A stretch of DNA of 62,947 nucleotides, filler included, from Choristocarpus tenellus KU-1152 (lineage: Eukaryota > Protista > Phaeophyceae): NCBI GenBank assembly GCA_964200185.2. It is 6 parts of 6 records of this genome, joined end to end, with 100 filler letters (N's around TTAATTAATTAA, not from the genome) between each part and the next. Parts side by side here need not be neighbours in the genome. Positions count along the whole stretch, not along the records: positions 31,446 to 39,905 come from CAXNAD020004681.1; positions 40,006 to 49,963 come from CAXNAD020003245.1; 4 more parts are not named here. The stretch is one strand, 5' to 3'. Both the position numbers and the translations under genes were made by a program. The notes under the pieces are model-generated. The model saw only the letters and a list, made by a program, of their open reading frames with translations. It made no database searches and had not been told where the DNA came from. Below are positions 34,994-47,402 of this stretch, in pieces; position 1 is the stretch's first letter; each line of letters begins with the position of its first letter.

Positions 34994-37900
34994 CTACGAT
35001 AGTCCATTGGCATTTTGATCCACAAGAACCAAGCTTCGGCACTTCCAGCTCCAGGGGCTAAACTTTACACTTATACCTGCCCCTCCCCCGCCATTTCTGA
35101 CACTGCTGTTGAAAGATTGTCCATTCAAGTTTCCAGGTGATTCCTTCAGTATCTGTTCGAGGCTCTGGCGACTCTCTCTTCAGCAGTAGAAAGGTACATG
35201 TGTTAAGGTGGACAACGGTGAGGACGAATGAAAATTGAGAGAGTATACACACTTCTATGGGACGGGGTCATCATGAATTGCACAAGGTACAGAGTCAATA
35301 AAATAAAAATAATACACATATGGAGAGGATACGTTACAGGATGATACACGTCACACCTACGTCAATGACTGAAATGCACAAAGAAATAGACAATACCACT
35401 CCAATGGCCAAAAGGTGCTGCTCATGCAATGCCTCTTATTCCCCAACCTCAACAAAAACAAGAAAAACCTGGTGCAAAGAGAGAGATACCTTGAAAAATG
35501 CCCGGCGTTGGCACCCAATTTCACCTTGCCTTTTTGCTTTTCCTACTCCTGAGCAATCCAGGGCCAATACTACATCACAAATGGTCCGAGTACATTGCCC
35601 AGTTGAATAGTATCCTATGACCCTTCATTGCATCCCAGTGGAACAGTGAAAAACGCTAGTAGTAGCACACAAGTACCATCCCAAAATTCTTGACATCATG
35701 CAGTTCCTGCCTTGCTCGACTTCCTCCTGCAAACTACTTGAAAAACTTCCACAAGCTGTCTCCTGGCTCCTTCAATGTAAGCCCATCTTCCTCTAGTCTC
35801 TACCTTTGCCTAGCCCCACCAACATTCCACCTGCTTCACAGTACAACAACGTAGCAAGACCTTCCATCTGTCCCTTCGTCCACCAAAATAGAGAAACCAC
35901 AGCAAATGATTTTTTTTGTACTTTCTCCAATTGAAATTAAACGTAACCAAACATTTCGCAGCCACAATGAAGAAGCAAGATTTCTTTCACATGTTCATAT
36001 TTTATGGGTGTACTGTGGAGACACTATGAGGTTGCCCACCAAAATCTCAACCAAAATGGGGTAGCCTACACCTATCTATGATTCCGTCCCTGAAGCCCTC
36101 CACATCTCCATTCCAGCATGGTATTTCGCCACATTCACTAGGGCATTTGAGGGAAGCTTGCCCGCCTTCTCAGTCTTTTCCTTGCTAAAACGGGGATTTC
36201 GAAGACAGTGTCAACCTTGGACTCCAGCACTTCACTATAGACTGCGAAGAGGCTCTGCCAGATGCACTCTAGTGTCTCCTGGGGGTGCACATTAAACGCC
36301 TCCATTGTGGCTTCCACCAGCTCCTCTGTGTTGGTCACCCCCAAATCTTCCTTCAGTTGCTAGATGGAATGAAAGAATCCCAGGTCGGTGACATTGAGGT
36401 CAGGTGAGTTGACTGGCCGGGTCTCTATGACAATGCCATCCCCTGCCGCCTCCTGAATTGCTTCCTAGGGTGGGCCACAGCTGCAAGGAATATCACCTTC
36501 ATAATGTAATGCTTATACTGTGCATGTGGGGGTTTGGGGTGGTCCTCAGTGGGGTGCAGGTGCACACCTTGCCCATAATAGAGGATGTAAAACCACTTCT
36601 CGTCCACATGCACCCAGTCATACAGCATATCATCCACTAATACCGCACCTCCCCCCCTCCTGTGCGTGTGACTGATGACGGAACCCACCCTGTTGACTTT
36701 CTTCTGGTCTGAGAGGACTTACATAATCCACCACTTGATCTTCTTCATTCACATTCTCGCGCTTGCACAGATCCCAAAACGAGGTAAGGGAGATCCCACC
36801 TTTGGCGGTCCATTTGTGGAAGGATGTGCAGTCTTCCGATGGGACATCCAAAATGTCCAGGATTATTGTATGGCAGCCACATCTCCCATTGCGATGTCAT
36901 ACATCGTCCATGCATTCACCCTGTGCAATCTGGGTGTCAATACTCCTCCAGATCACGGAACACGGTAATTCAGGAAATTACGAAGCCCTCTGCGATGGCT
37001 GCCGCCGTCCCCCAAGGCATAAGAGGCTCACGCCCTCTTGCATCCAGGCAATACGCCACCACCCTGTCCCCCGTTGGGGTGCTTGAGTCTGGACCCCAGA
37101 CAGACTTCTGGGTCGAAGAATTGGAACGGCCGATGACGATGATTGAGCTGTTCGAACAACAGGGTACCTTCGTCCTAGGCATCCCAATAAACACCCGCTT
37201 TGACAGTTTCACGAGGTTTTTGAACCCGGTCAAACGCGACTCGGTGGACTCTGTACTGGTGATCCTCCACAGTCATGATAGCCCACCATCTCAAACTCTG
37301 CATGCCTCCCAACGTATATGAGAACTTGGCCTCGTCCAGGGGTTTTCATGACGTGCCATTTTGGGGTGAGAACGGAGCTTGCAAAATATACGTTACATTT
37401 AATTCCGAATGATAAAAGTAGCTAGTTCTTATCCATAGAGTATCTTGGAGTGTGGGAAACAGAGCTGGTGAGAAATTTGTGTTCATACCCCTATTCCCAA
37501 ATGACTACGGACTGATAAAAAATTACAATAATATCCGATCTTCTGGCATGGTAAAGGGCTGATGCAGGGGATGTAGGTTGAGCACAGAGGTGATTGCTGG
37601 ATTCAATGGTTCACCTTTTGTTCACATATGCTTGTGGCATCACCAAAACATGTGAGTGAAAGTATCTTGGAGGGTACGAATTTTGCTATTTTTGTTCAAT
37701 TGGGACTTGGCTTCTTGCAGCTTTTTCATGACATTTTCCTACTCCAACATGAAATGGAGTAGGTAAAATGTACACGTTATGAAAAGGTGTGTCCAGAACA
37801 TGGATATCGACACTTCCTAACAAAAACGATAGCCAAAATTACATCAAAATTGCAACATTGGAGCCCCAAAACAGAAGCGGCTCTACCCTCTAACATACAT

Positions 37901-39347
37901 TGACTTGTGTGCAAACGTGAACTCACACAACCCCTATGAAATAACATTGTGCTATTTCTGGAATTTTGTTGTCCAAACCAAGTTTCCATAATAAATAAGA
38001 CGATAGAGATTATACTACTAATATCAATACGATTATATTCCATGCAAAGACCAGGGCAAGGGGAACTCAATGAAGCCCCTCTCTACCAACAAGAACATCC
38101 ACCACAATATATATATATATATATATATACAAAAAAAAAAGGTTGGCAATCCGAGACAAATCATTTTCAAGGCTTCACAAACATCCTGCCTGAGCTACAG
38201 GTGAAATAGCCACCTCAATGAATCAATCGAGCTGTAGGTGTCAGGTTTGTGTTTTTAACGTGTGGAAACTTCAGAAAATGGCAGACAGAGCCCCAGCCTA
38301 CCCGGAAAAGAAGCGTACTACTCCATGCAGAGCCTCCACTGGAGAGCCTCGTCCAAAATCTGCAATGTACCAGTACATGATGCGGGGGAGCACCACTGAT
38401 CGCCTATGCGGAATGATCTTTAGGCATTGTCGCATGAGCAAGGGAAAGGGCGAGGAAAATAAATTGTGCATCTTAGCATTGCCCTCAGCATCTGCGATAA
38501 TGTATGGGACTGGAGTTGTTACAAACACCACTGGAGTGGAGCCTGTGTGAAACTATGCCATGTTTTTCAATACTATTCCAAAAGCGCAAACAATACTCGG
38601 GGAGAAACAAAAGGCAGGGCTGCGGGGGGGGGGGGGGAATACAGCCCCTGACACGCAGTATGCAGAAACCCTGCACCTTCAATGCCACACTTTGACTACA
38701 AAACGACTTCGAGGCAAGGCGTAAGAGGTTTGCTCCGTTGTGACCTGCAAGACAGAAGAGGAACATCGCAATGAGGTGGGTCGTAGGGATGGTATTGATG
38801 TTGCTGCCTGAACAAAATTCTACACCTATATATTATATATCTCTGTCAACTGTTTCAAAACGGCCCTACCTTACTCGAATGCTGAGAATCCGTAAGTAAA
38901 AACCTTGAAATCCCTTCTATTTCTTATTCTATTTCTTATGCGCAGAGGAGTGATACGCGAAACAACCATCCATCGGCCAATAATCCCATGCATCCACACC
39001 TCTCGGGTTGGATATGGTCCTTCCCTGACTTCAATCAATGCCAGGAACTCTGGAGTGTGTAGTATAAATTATATTAACAAGTAGTGCACATAGTATCCAC
39101 ATCAGTGTTGTATGGCGTGCAGCCCCGCTAACCTCTACCAAAAAAATTGAAGTTTGATTCCTCTTGTTGACCATGTTAGTCAAAATGAATGCAAGTGCAC
39201 TATGAGTATGGCACCACAGGAGCCTCAAAAACAGCCCAAGATATCATATCATTAGAAGTTCCAACTGCACTCTTCCTTGTCACCTCCACAGTGTTCTCCA
39301 GGTAGTAGGAGCTCATGTCGTCAAGCTGCATGTCCACATCTTCCGGC
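34994..39347 (-). CDS. 3' part of a DUF547-like protein gene (last three exons)
   Basis: Exons 39347-39284 (PEDVDMQLDDMSSYYLENTVE), 38417-38302 (IIPHRRSVVLPRIMYWYIADFGRGSPVEALHGVVRFFSG), 35177-34994 (ESRQSLEQIL...ISVKFSPWSWKCRSL...TAG). Phases 2-0-2 join in frame. The QL...V.LP.I..WY..DFG...KF..W pattern resembles the C-terminal region of DUF547-family proteins (from memory). Confidence 0.7.
35921..37418 (-). mobile_element. Mariner-like element with both TIRs and TA TSD; transposase internally deleted and pseudogenised
   Basis: TA at 35919-35920 and 37419-37420; 22/29 identity between ends including TA (TACTTTCTCCAATTGAAATTAAACGTAAC vs TACTTTTATCATTCGGAATTAAATGTAAC); motifs YDWVHVDEKWFY, KVIFLAAVAHPR, NSPDLNVTDLGFFHSI*, CIWQSLF. 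Confidence 0.88.
37654..37906 (+). mobile_element. MITE family A copy in the last intron of the DUF547-like gene
   Basis: GAGTGAAAGTATCTTGGAGGGTA ... TACCCTCTAACATACATTGACTT. Confidence 0.85.
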
Positions 39348-39413
39348 CTGGGATACAAAAGGCAAAAGAGATAAAATAATAGTTCACTATAATAATAAAA
39401 ACAAACTGTAATA

Positions 39414-39604
39414 GGCTCAAAGTATCTGGGGGAGGGGGGGAGGTGGCGGCTGTCCATTTGGGATCAATTTTTTCATTTTATGATTTTTGGGTGATTTGGT
39501 TTCATACGTTGGATGTATAATGTAAGTGCACTTTTCCTGATTTTGTACCAAATGAACACCCTGGTGTAAACACCCCCCCCCTCGCCCCCCAGATATTTTG
39601 GGTC
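39414..39604. mobile_element. MITE family B copy
   Basis: GGCTCAAAGTATCTGGGG ... CCCCAGATATTTTGGGTC; flanks ATA/ACA. Confidence 0.85.
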
Positions 39605-40040
39605 ACAATATGTAAATAATAATTGTGTGTCCACATGTACACATGCAAGGTCGATTGGTCCATGAAAGTGACACTACCAGTCAGTGAAGCTGGTCGCTAT
39701 TGCTAAGTCCTGAGAGGACGCTTCATGCAAAACCCAACAGACTGTGGACACATCGGTGATAGTGGTAACATCAAACAGGTGCGGGGTCATATGCACACAC
39801 ACACACAAACACACCTATTTACATGTTGAGTGTTAAAGAAATTGGTGTTCCCAAGACTTGTGTGTGTAAATAACTCGGTTATTTCCTCATTATGTAGAAC
39901 CGGTTNNNNNNNNNNNNNNNNNNNNNNNNNNNNNNNNNNNNNNNNNNNNTTAATTAATTAANNNNNNNNNNNNNNNNNNNNNNNNNNNNNNNNNNNNNNN
40001 NNNNNGGGGGGGGGGGGTGCCGGCGTCCGTTTTTGATGCT

Positions 40041-40214
40041 GGCTTAACGTATGTAGGGGGGGTGGCAGCTGTACATTTGGGGCCAATTTTTTCATGTCGC
40101 GATTTTTGGGTGATTTGGTTCCATAAGTTGGATAATGAAAGTGCACTTTTCCTGGTTTTGGTCCAAATGGACACTCTGGTGTAGACCCCCCCCCTCCCCC
40201 AGATACTTTGGGTC
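40041..40214. mobile_element. MITE family B copy
   Basis: Internal sequence matches; ends CCCCAGATACTTTGGGTC; left TIR degenerate. Confidence 0.8.
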
Positions 40215-40614
40215 CCACGACACAGAGAGATCAATAAATACGCCCACGTGAACTACTCTTGTGTGAGAAAACAAAACGCGGCGAGCTAAGTAATGAGGGA
40301 TATACCGCAGGACCATTCTCAGCACAGATCAAACGCAGATTTCATTTAAGCTGCATGCTGTACTGGGCGGAGAGATATTTGATTTAGAAGACAAGTCTAT
40401 CTATCAACGTGTTAAAGTATGCAGTGTCTACTGTGCCACACTGCAGATGAAAAAATACCCCTTCCAAGTATTGGTCACAAGGACAAGGAGTCAGCAAAAT
40501 TCAACAAGCAATGCGATGACTTACATGGTTATGATATTTCTCAAAAGTACGACAACCGGTTGGTGGGAGCAGTTAGGATCTGCACGAGAAAACACTGCCA
40601 CGCAACAAACTGTA

Positions 40615-40914
40615 GTAGACAAACTTTACCTCATTGGTAGGTATACAATTGTAGACAAACTTTACCTCATTGGTAGGTATACAATTGTAGACAAACTTGA
40701 CCTCATTGGTAGGTATACAATTGTAGACAAACTTGATCTCATTGGTAGGCATACAATTGTAGACAAACTTTACCTCATTGGTAGGCATACAATTGTAGAC
40801 AAACTTGACCTCATTGGTAGGCATACAATTGTAGACAAACTTGACCTCATTGGTAGGCATACAAACTGTAGACAAACTTGACCTCATTGGTAGGTATACA
40901 AACTGTAGACAAAC
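40615..40914. repeat. 36-bp minisatellite, 8 units plus a partial unit
   Basis: Unit GTAGACAAACTT(T/G)ACCTCATTGGTAGG(T/C)ATACAATT starting at 40615, 40651, 40687, 40723, 40759, 40795, 40831, 40868; partial at 40905. Confidence 0.95.
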
Positions 40915-41124
40915 CGTCCATCCAAAGTACCTGGAAACAAGAACCTCATATGTTTCCACTAGAGCTATGAAGCAGTATTTCACGCACATACTCCAAGTGC
41001 AAGTATCAACACACCACATGTTGAGCAGAGAGCAAGCTCACAAGTATGGTCTTCCACGCAAATGCACACACACACACATGCACACGCACGCGCCCTCTCC
41101 CTTCCCCAAAGCACTCCTGCATAC

Positions 41125-44100
41125 CTGAAGGCTCCAGGCGGGCGACCATTCCTTCTTGAGGATGTCCAGGCAGATTTCACCTGTCTGTTGTGGGGAAAAG
41201 AGTCGGATCAAGGGAACTGCTGAAGATTTGCCATTGAACAATAGATATCGAGGTTTTAGCAAGCTAAGAGGGAGTGCCAGCATGTTTGATGACGAAACAC
41301 GTCTTGCAGCAGTGCCTCTACACATATGACCATTGCTGGAAAATTTGACAGCCGAACCATGGACCTATCACAAGACAAGCCCTGCAATAGCTCCAAAGAG
41401 AGCCCAAGACCCCCGGGCCAAGATTCTCACATTGTTACTACATTCCTCGAAGTAGACACTGCCCTGATATCACAAGCAATCATGCACGAGATGTACGACA
41501 TAGAGACCACAAGACCTACATACTGTGTCAAGGCAAAGAAATGGCACTTCAATACACTTGAGTGCTCCTGGGTATCGATAAACATAACTTCACTCCCATC
41601 TAGTGGCACATAGTCAGCATTTGAAGCAGGTGCAGAAACAAGCAGTTTCATCGAATCTGGAGGATATTCGGTTCTGTAGCAAGGGCGCGCGCGGTGAGAA
41701 CAGAACGAGTACTCCATGCCACGGGAAAATTCTGGGAAATTTAACACAAGAGAAAGGACGGGACAAAAAGCGTTGAGTGAGCAACCCTGTCAGAAAAAAA
41801 AAAAAATGTTGATGTACTTACTCCATTCATGTCGCAAAAAAAATAAAAATAAAAATAAAAGAGACCACTGATGTACTCAACACAGGGACATCAGCGGTCG
41901 AAGCTGTCATGGCCAACCGTCATGGGAACAGACCTAAAGGATCCGCCGCACGCAGGCCAAGAAACATCTGCAGGGTTGGAGAGGCTGAGGTTTGACCAGG
42001 CGTGGAACAGATCAAACTGTTTCCGTTCACTAACCCTGAGAAATCAAAACAAAAACGTTCTTGTTCACTAGCCAGTCCACGCAAACTCAAACGATCTACA
42101 CCTTCCTTCCACGGACTGTGCGGCATGCTGGACTCAAAATTTCCCTTGCACGATTCAAGAAAAGGTACCATCACGGCGCAATGTGTCCATCATGGCGATG
42201 TTGCTCTCGCTGAGCAACACACCAAGAAAGGTATATTCAAAGTATCTTGGAGGGGTAGAGCCGCGTCCGTTTGGCGACCAAAATCCAATGTTGAATTTTT
42301 ATTGCAATATTGGATGTCGTGTTTTGTTAAGAAGTATCAATATCCCTTGTTCCAGACACACCTCTCATAAGGTATACCTTTTTAACTACCCCGAAACATT
42401 TCAGTGTAGGTAAAATGTCGTAAGGAACCTGTGGGAAGTCAAGCCCCAAACGGACAAACAGGGCAAAATTCGTACCCTAACCCTAAGATACTTACACTCG
42501 TACATTACACGTGTACCATAATACCCTCCCGTAGATTCAATTGCCTTTTGTTGCATTAGCCCTGCACCATCATCAAGAAAGAGCAAACAGCAGAATGTGT
42601 CCCTGCGACTGTAACCAACCATTGCAACAAACTCCGATGTCAAAGCTGTGCAGCGAATCTCATTTCTGAAACCCATAGCAAATAGGTAGAGAGGGCCTAC
42701 AGTGGATGCTAGGGCATCAAGCTGCTCACATCAAAGTGGATGTTGGGGTGAAAGATCTTGGTTACAAAGCGCATAGAGGGGGGCACCATCGGGTACTCCG
42801 GGCCGACATCGATTTTCAGCTCATACACCCCTGGAAAAGGAGGTGGGTTCGGTGGGTAAGGGGAGATGGGAGAGGGTTATGCAATTCCCTAGCTCTAACA
42901 TTATTCAACATCCAATTAGGGTGGTATCTAGATAAGAACGTATATCAAGAAAGAGGAGGACAAGGGGTAGAGTCATGCATTGACTTCCTTCGGTACGATA
43001 CTAACTCAACGCCTTTCCAACGGGAACACATTGTGTTGTCAGGCAGACAATTACCAACATTGCCCCAATCGAAATGAGTTCACCTCATCTCCCTGTAGTA
43101 GAAACTTGTTAGTTCAGGGTGTGCAATGGGCTCACATCGCAGTGCGGAAAAAGAACAGGGTGAAGATCGATGAGGTTGAGGTGGAAGGGGGGTCAAAATA
43201 TCCATCAAGGTTCTTCCCATACACAGGAACTTTCAGTACTCTCATGTGCGCAGGTAGATTTAAAAATAAAATGGATAGGAAGGAAGCGTATCGATTATTG
43301 GGATTTTAAATGACAACTCAATAACAGTAGCTTTGATGCTGTGCATAGGTTGTCCTATTACAGCTCTAGCAGAGGAGTGCCAAGCAATATTTCTTATATT
43401 TTGTAATGCTGTGATTTACCACTTGGCAGACTGGAAGGATTTCATTTTATTGTTCAGGCATTCTTCTGAGAAAATGAATTGTGGTCACATTATAACCGGT
43501 TTCATTATAGTAAGGCATCCAAGGCACGGGTTCTCTTCACAGGTACCAAGTTAGAGAAGTTTGTTGATTAGAAGGATTTGGCACATGCCCATCCTATATC
43601 ACAATGTATTTCATTCTACCAATGTCAGAGAAGCATGCCCCCGTTGCATCAATGACCTGCACTGAAATGGGGTTCAGCTTCCAGCGCATGCCATCCTGCT
43701 CCGTTGAGTGGGCTCACTGGACGAGGGTCATTCTTTGGCAACATAAGGGTCTGATGAAGGCATTGGAAATAAATTGAATCTCAAATACACTTTCATTTGC
43801 AGGACAAAAAGTCAAGAGTGACCAGAAAACATGTCTAATGAAGAACTGTAACCAGTGAGTGACCCAGTGTAAGCTGCACTCAGGTCCTAAGGGAGAATCT
43901 TCGTCAAGCATGTTCAAGACATGAGATAGGGTACACAGTGACTGAGACAAGGTGGTGTTGCCCATGGAATCACGCATCAGCCACAACTACACTGCTGGGA
44001 GATCAATGGTCTGCAAATTTGGCAATATTCAGCCGGATAAAGGACACATGAAATTCCGTGGTGGGAACATAACTCTGCAAGGCCAGACAGCAGAAGAACT

Positions 44101-45571
44101 AGTGCTCGATCAATGAGGTGCAATGTGGGCTGGCCTGAATGCTGCTTGGAGGAATGTGGGAAGATTCTCTGTCTCTCAAAGCAAACAAGCAGAACGAGGA
44201 GGAAAATCACCCCGGTAAGGAAACTGTACTATCCAGTTAGTGCAGCTCATTCGGACACAACAGATTCCTCGCTGACCATGGAAGCTGTCTGAATGACCAA
44301 CTCTTACTTGGCACTGACTATTCCTGACCAAGTAGATCCTTCGCCTGGTTCCACATGATAGCTCACTGCACAGAGTTTAATCCGTAACTGCAAGCAAGCA
44401 TTTAGACCAGGATCCCCTGCACAAAGGGTTGTGTAATTGATGTACGCTTGTTGCATTTTCTAGACCCGGATAATTTATCGCCTTTGAACACCACCTTTCT
44501 AACAGTATAGTCGTTGTTTAAGCACATTACCATGGCTAACTTCACCCAAACTTCTGGCAATATGTACCTCGCACCATGCTGCCCGGTGTCCTCCATGAGA
44601 ATTGAATGGTTCTTCCGTGGGACAACCCCTATATCTAGCTACGTCAGAGTAGTCTTCCACACCAGCCTTGTCATTTCGTTTTGCGAATAATCATTGAAGT
44701 GGGCATAAATGGCAATCCGATTGCTCGGTGATGAACTCAGGCCCAGCCACAGGTGTAGAGAAGCAGGGCTCGTATGTCCTTCATAGAGCACAATTAGGTT
44801 TGCACTGAGCCTAGTATCAGTCAAACTTTCAATCTCCAATAGTAGCATGTTCCTCTGACGTTCGCACGGTAGAGTCCGTAGGGATGTATGGACTCTGGAA
44901 GGCATTGCGTAGGACCAAATAACGACACCTGGTTCTAGGCAAAACACAATTTTCCTAGAAGGATAACAAATCCAGTACCACCAAACAAAAAATACACTTC
45001 GTAAAGTGAAACTCGGCACATCTTCACATTAGAATTTCTTACACCTTTGCAAATTCGCCCTGACTGTTCTTCATCGTGTCATACCTCACAGCAACTCAAT
45101 GCGTTCGACTCCTGGCTAATAGTATCCATATCCTAGTGTAGGTGTACATCGACAAGAACAACCTGCAGATGAATCACATACCAAACTAGTCGTTGGTAGT
45201 CTTTCTAGGAACTACCCCACCTATATTTCTCGCCATAGAGGAATGTCAAATTGATCACAGTTCAAGAAGGATGTCTCACTCTGGCGAGATATTGGGGGGT
45301 TTTCTCTGTTCCCTCTAGACAATGAGACGTCTCGATGGACTTTCTGATGAAACACACACAAAATATATGACGACGCTGACCTCTTTCACTTCCATTCCAC
45401 GCGCACCAACTTCTTACCTCCCTCGAAGGGTGACTCTTGTGGGCCCTTGAGATGTGCTTTCCATCGACGGATGTCGTCATCACAGGGCTCCAGAGCTATG
45501 TCAGGGTCAGGTTCAACCTTTGTCAGTGCATGGATCTCCTTTCGAAGTCGCTTCACGCACGATATCGACAT
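41125..45571 (-). CDS. PEX4: Ubiquitin-conjugating enzyme E2, peroxin-4 type (first three exons; 3' end not found before the contig edge)
   Basis: Exons 45571-45418 (MSISCVKRLRKE...DPDIAL...WKAHLKGPQESPFEG), 42830-42730 (GVYELKIDVGPEYPMVPPSMRFVTKIFHPNIHFD), 41184-41125 (TGEICLDILKKEWSPAWSLQ, catalytic Cys). DPDI.L and HF.TGEICLDILK..WSPAW.LQ match plant PEX4 as I recall it. Confidence 0.85.
42234..42499 (-). mobile_element. MITE family A copy in PEX4 intron 2, TSD GTA
   Basis: GTA at 42231-42233 and 42500-42502; CCCTAACCCTAA inside one TIR. Confidence 0.85.
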
Positions 45572-47402
45572 CCTCCCCAACCTTTTCACATCGATTGATG
45601 TTGTTGAGGTGGTTTCTCAGACGTAATGCATCCCTCCATATTGTATGGAAAACATCTCGACAGTCCTTTTTGACATTGAGCACAAGACTTGGACAAGAGC
45701 ATGTTGGATATTGGATTGTCTTCAGTTTCATGCAATCAAGTGGTAGCTGATTGCTAAGAATCTTTGTTTCATTCAGGTCTTGCGCTGGGTAAGAGAACTT
45801 TGGGTTTCTGAAGGCTGAGGTTATTAGTCCTCATTGGCACCATGAGACTCACACTTCCCCTGTCCGTTGGAGTTAGCATAGCCCATGGAGTTGGGGCGAG
45901 ACAGAGCTACTGCACTGGGTGGGTCTCCCTTTCAACGGGATCGGTTGTTGGTGAAAGAAAGATCTCTTGTGTCCCTCAACTTCTTACCTGCCGCATCCCT
46001 CAAGGGCTTGGTTGCAGCTCAGCCGTGGCATCTATGTTTCGCACAGAGCAACGTGAAAAATTGTCAAGAATAAGTGAGGTAATGGGATGGAGGCGGACCG
46101 AATTGACGCAAACTAGCGTCGGTGGAGGACAGGACAATGATGCCAAGGTTAGACCGTGTCGCATGTCCACTCCTGCACTGTTGTTCATAGTCTGACTGAA
46201 ATTGGGTGTGCACCAGCAAGACAAGAGACAGGAGGATGCTCGCCCTTGATGTGACTCTCCCATGTTCCTTCCACTATCGTTCTGGGTACAGGAAATAGAC
46301 TCAACTCAAGTCGAATCGCAGCGATCCCACTTGCCTCCTTCATTGCTTGGGACGTACGACGGAACCCATCAACAACAAAACACCCACTTCCCTTTTCCAT
46401 TGGTTATGAAAATTATCTCGAATGATTTCTGTGCCGTGTTGCTGACTGTTGCGATTGACTTCTACCTCTAGACATTCCTCCAGGTCAATGGATCAAAAAA
46501 TGTACCGCTACTGGCACCAGACAACAAGTGCTCTCAACCGACCACTCGATGAACTTCCAAACGTTCTGCAGCTCTACACTCTCTTGCCTCGATCTCCCCC
46601 AGCTTAACTCCATCCCCGTCCCACCTTCCCCTTTGCCTCCTCATTGATCTTCAGGATATAGATAAAACTGGGAACCCAAAGCCAGGGCAATGGGAACAGG
46701 GCAAGAAGGCAAGTTCTCCTGTGGAAAAACTGCAGACCTATGGAATGGCAGGTCAGTAGCAAGCAAAGACTCGTAGTGTGTTGCAGGAATGAAAAATAAT
46801 GTGACCTCAACTGGACAGTAGTGTTGCATTTTTCATCACCAATGAGGGGCTACGTGTGGCGGCACTCTGCTGAGTGCAATGTGTTGAGGTCATCCAAACC
46901 TGAAAGTTCATATCTATACTCTAGAGAGACATAGGATGTAAATTCTCTTTAGTATTGTTGACACAGTAATGCAGCATGCTAGCTTACACCAAGTTTCCTC
47001 ATGATCCCCCATTCTTTGCTGTGCTGGGAGTGTGACCAACTGTCATTCTAAGGTTTTTCCACTCCATTGCAACACTCTCTTTCCCTCTATGTTCCTGTCA
47101 TGCCCCACCCCTTGGTCTTTCTACTGCTTTTTCAATCTCTTTGCAGGTCTGCTGGCATATGGTATGCTCAATGCTCTGTACTATATTCTAGCATTCTGTG
47201 TTGTGTGGAGTGGAAGCTTGGGCACCGCCTCTCTAAGCACCAGTGCACAGTCATTGGGTATGTGGGGAAGGATCGGATTATCTTCAAAGCGATTTGTAAA
47301 GGTATATACTCCCCCTCCTTCATGACCTCAAAGCTTACTGTATATAGTACATGAATCGCCCAGTGCTCCTTTCCACACATACACGCACAAACACACTCTG
47401 GC

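Noticed and set aside
38670-38810. Possible extra minus-strand exon of the DUF547-like gene
   Set aside because: The flanking exons already join in frame with a family-like spacing, and no frame here gives a recognisable motif.
40615-40914. 36-bp repeat array as a CRISPR
   Set aside because: Units are directly adjacent with no unique spacers, there are no cas genes, and the context is a eukaryotic intron.
43600-45020. ORF fragments in PEX4 intron 1
   Set aside because: Probably a decayed retroelement, but I could not identify a diagnostic motif.
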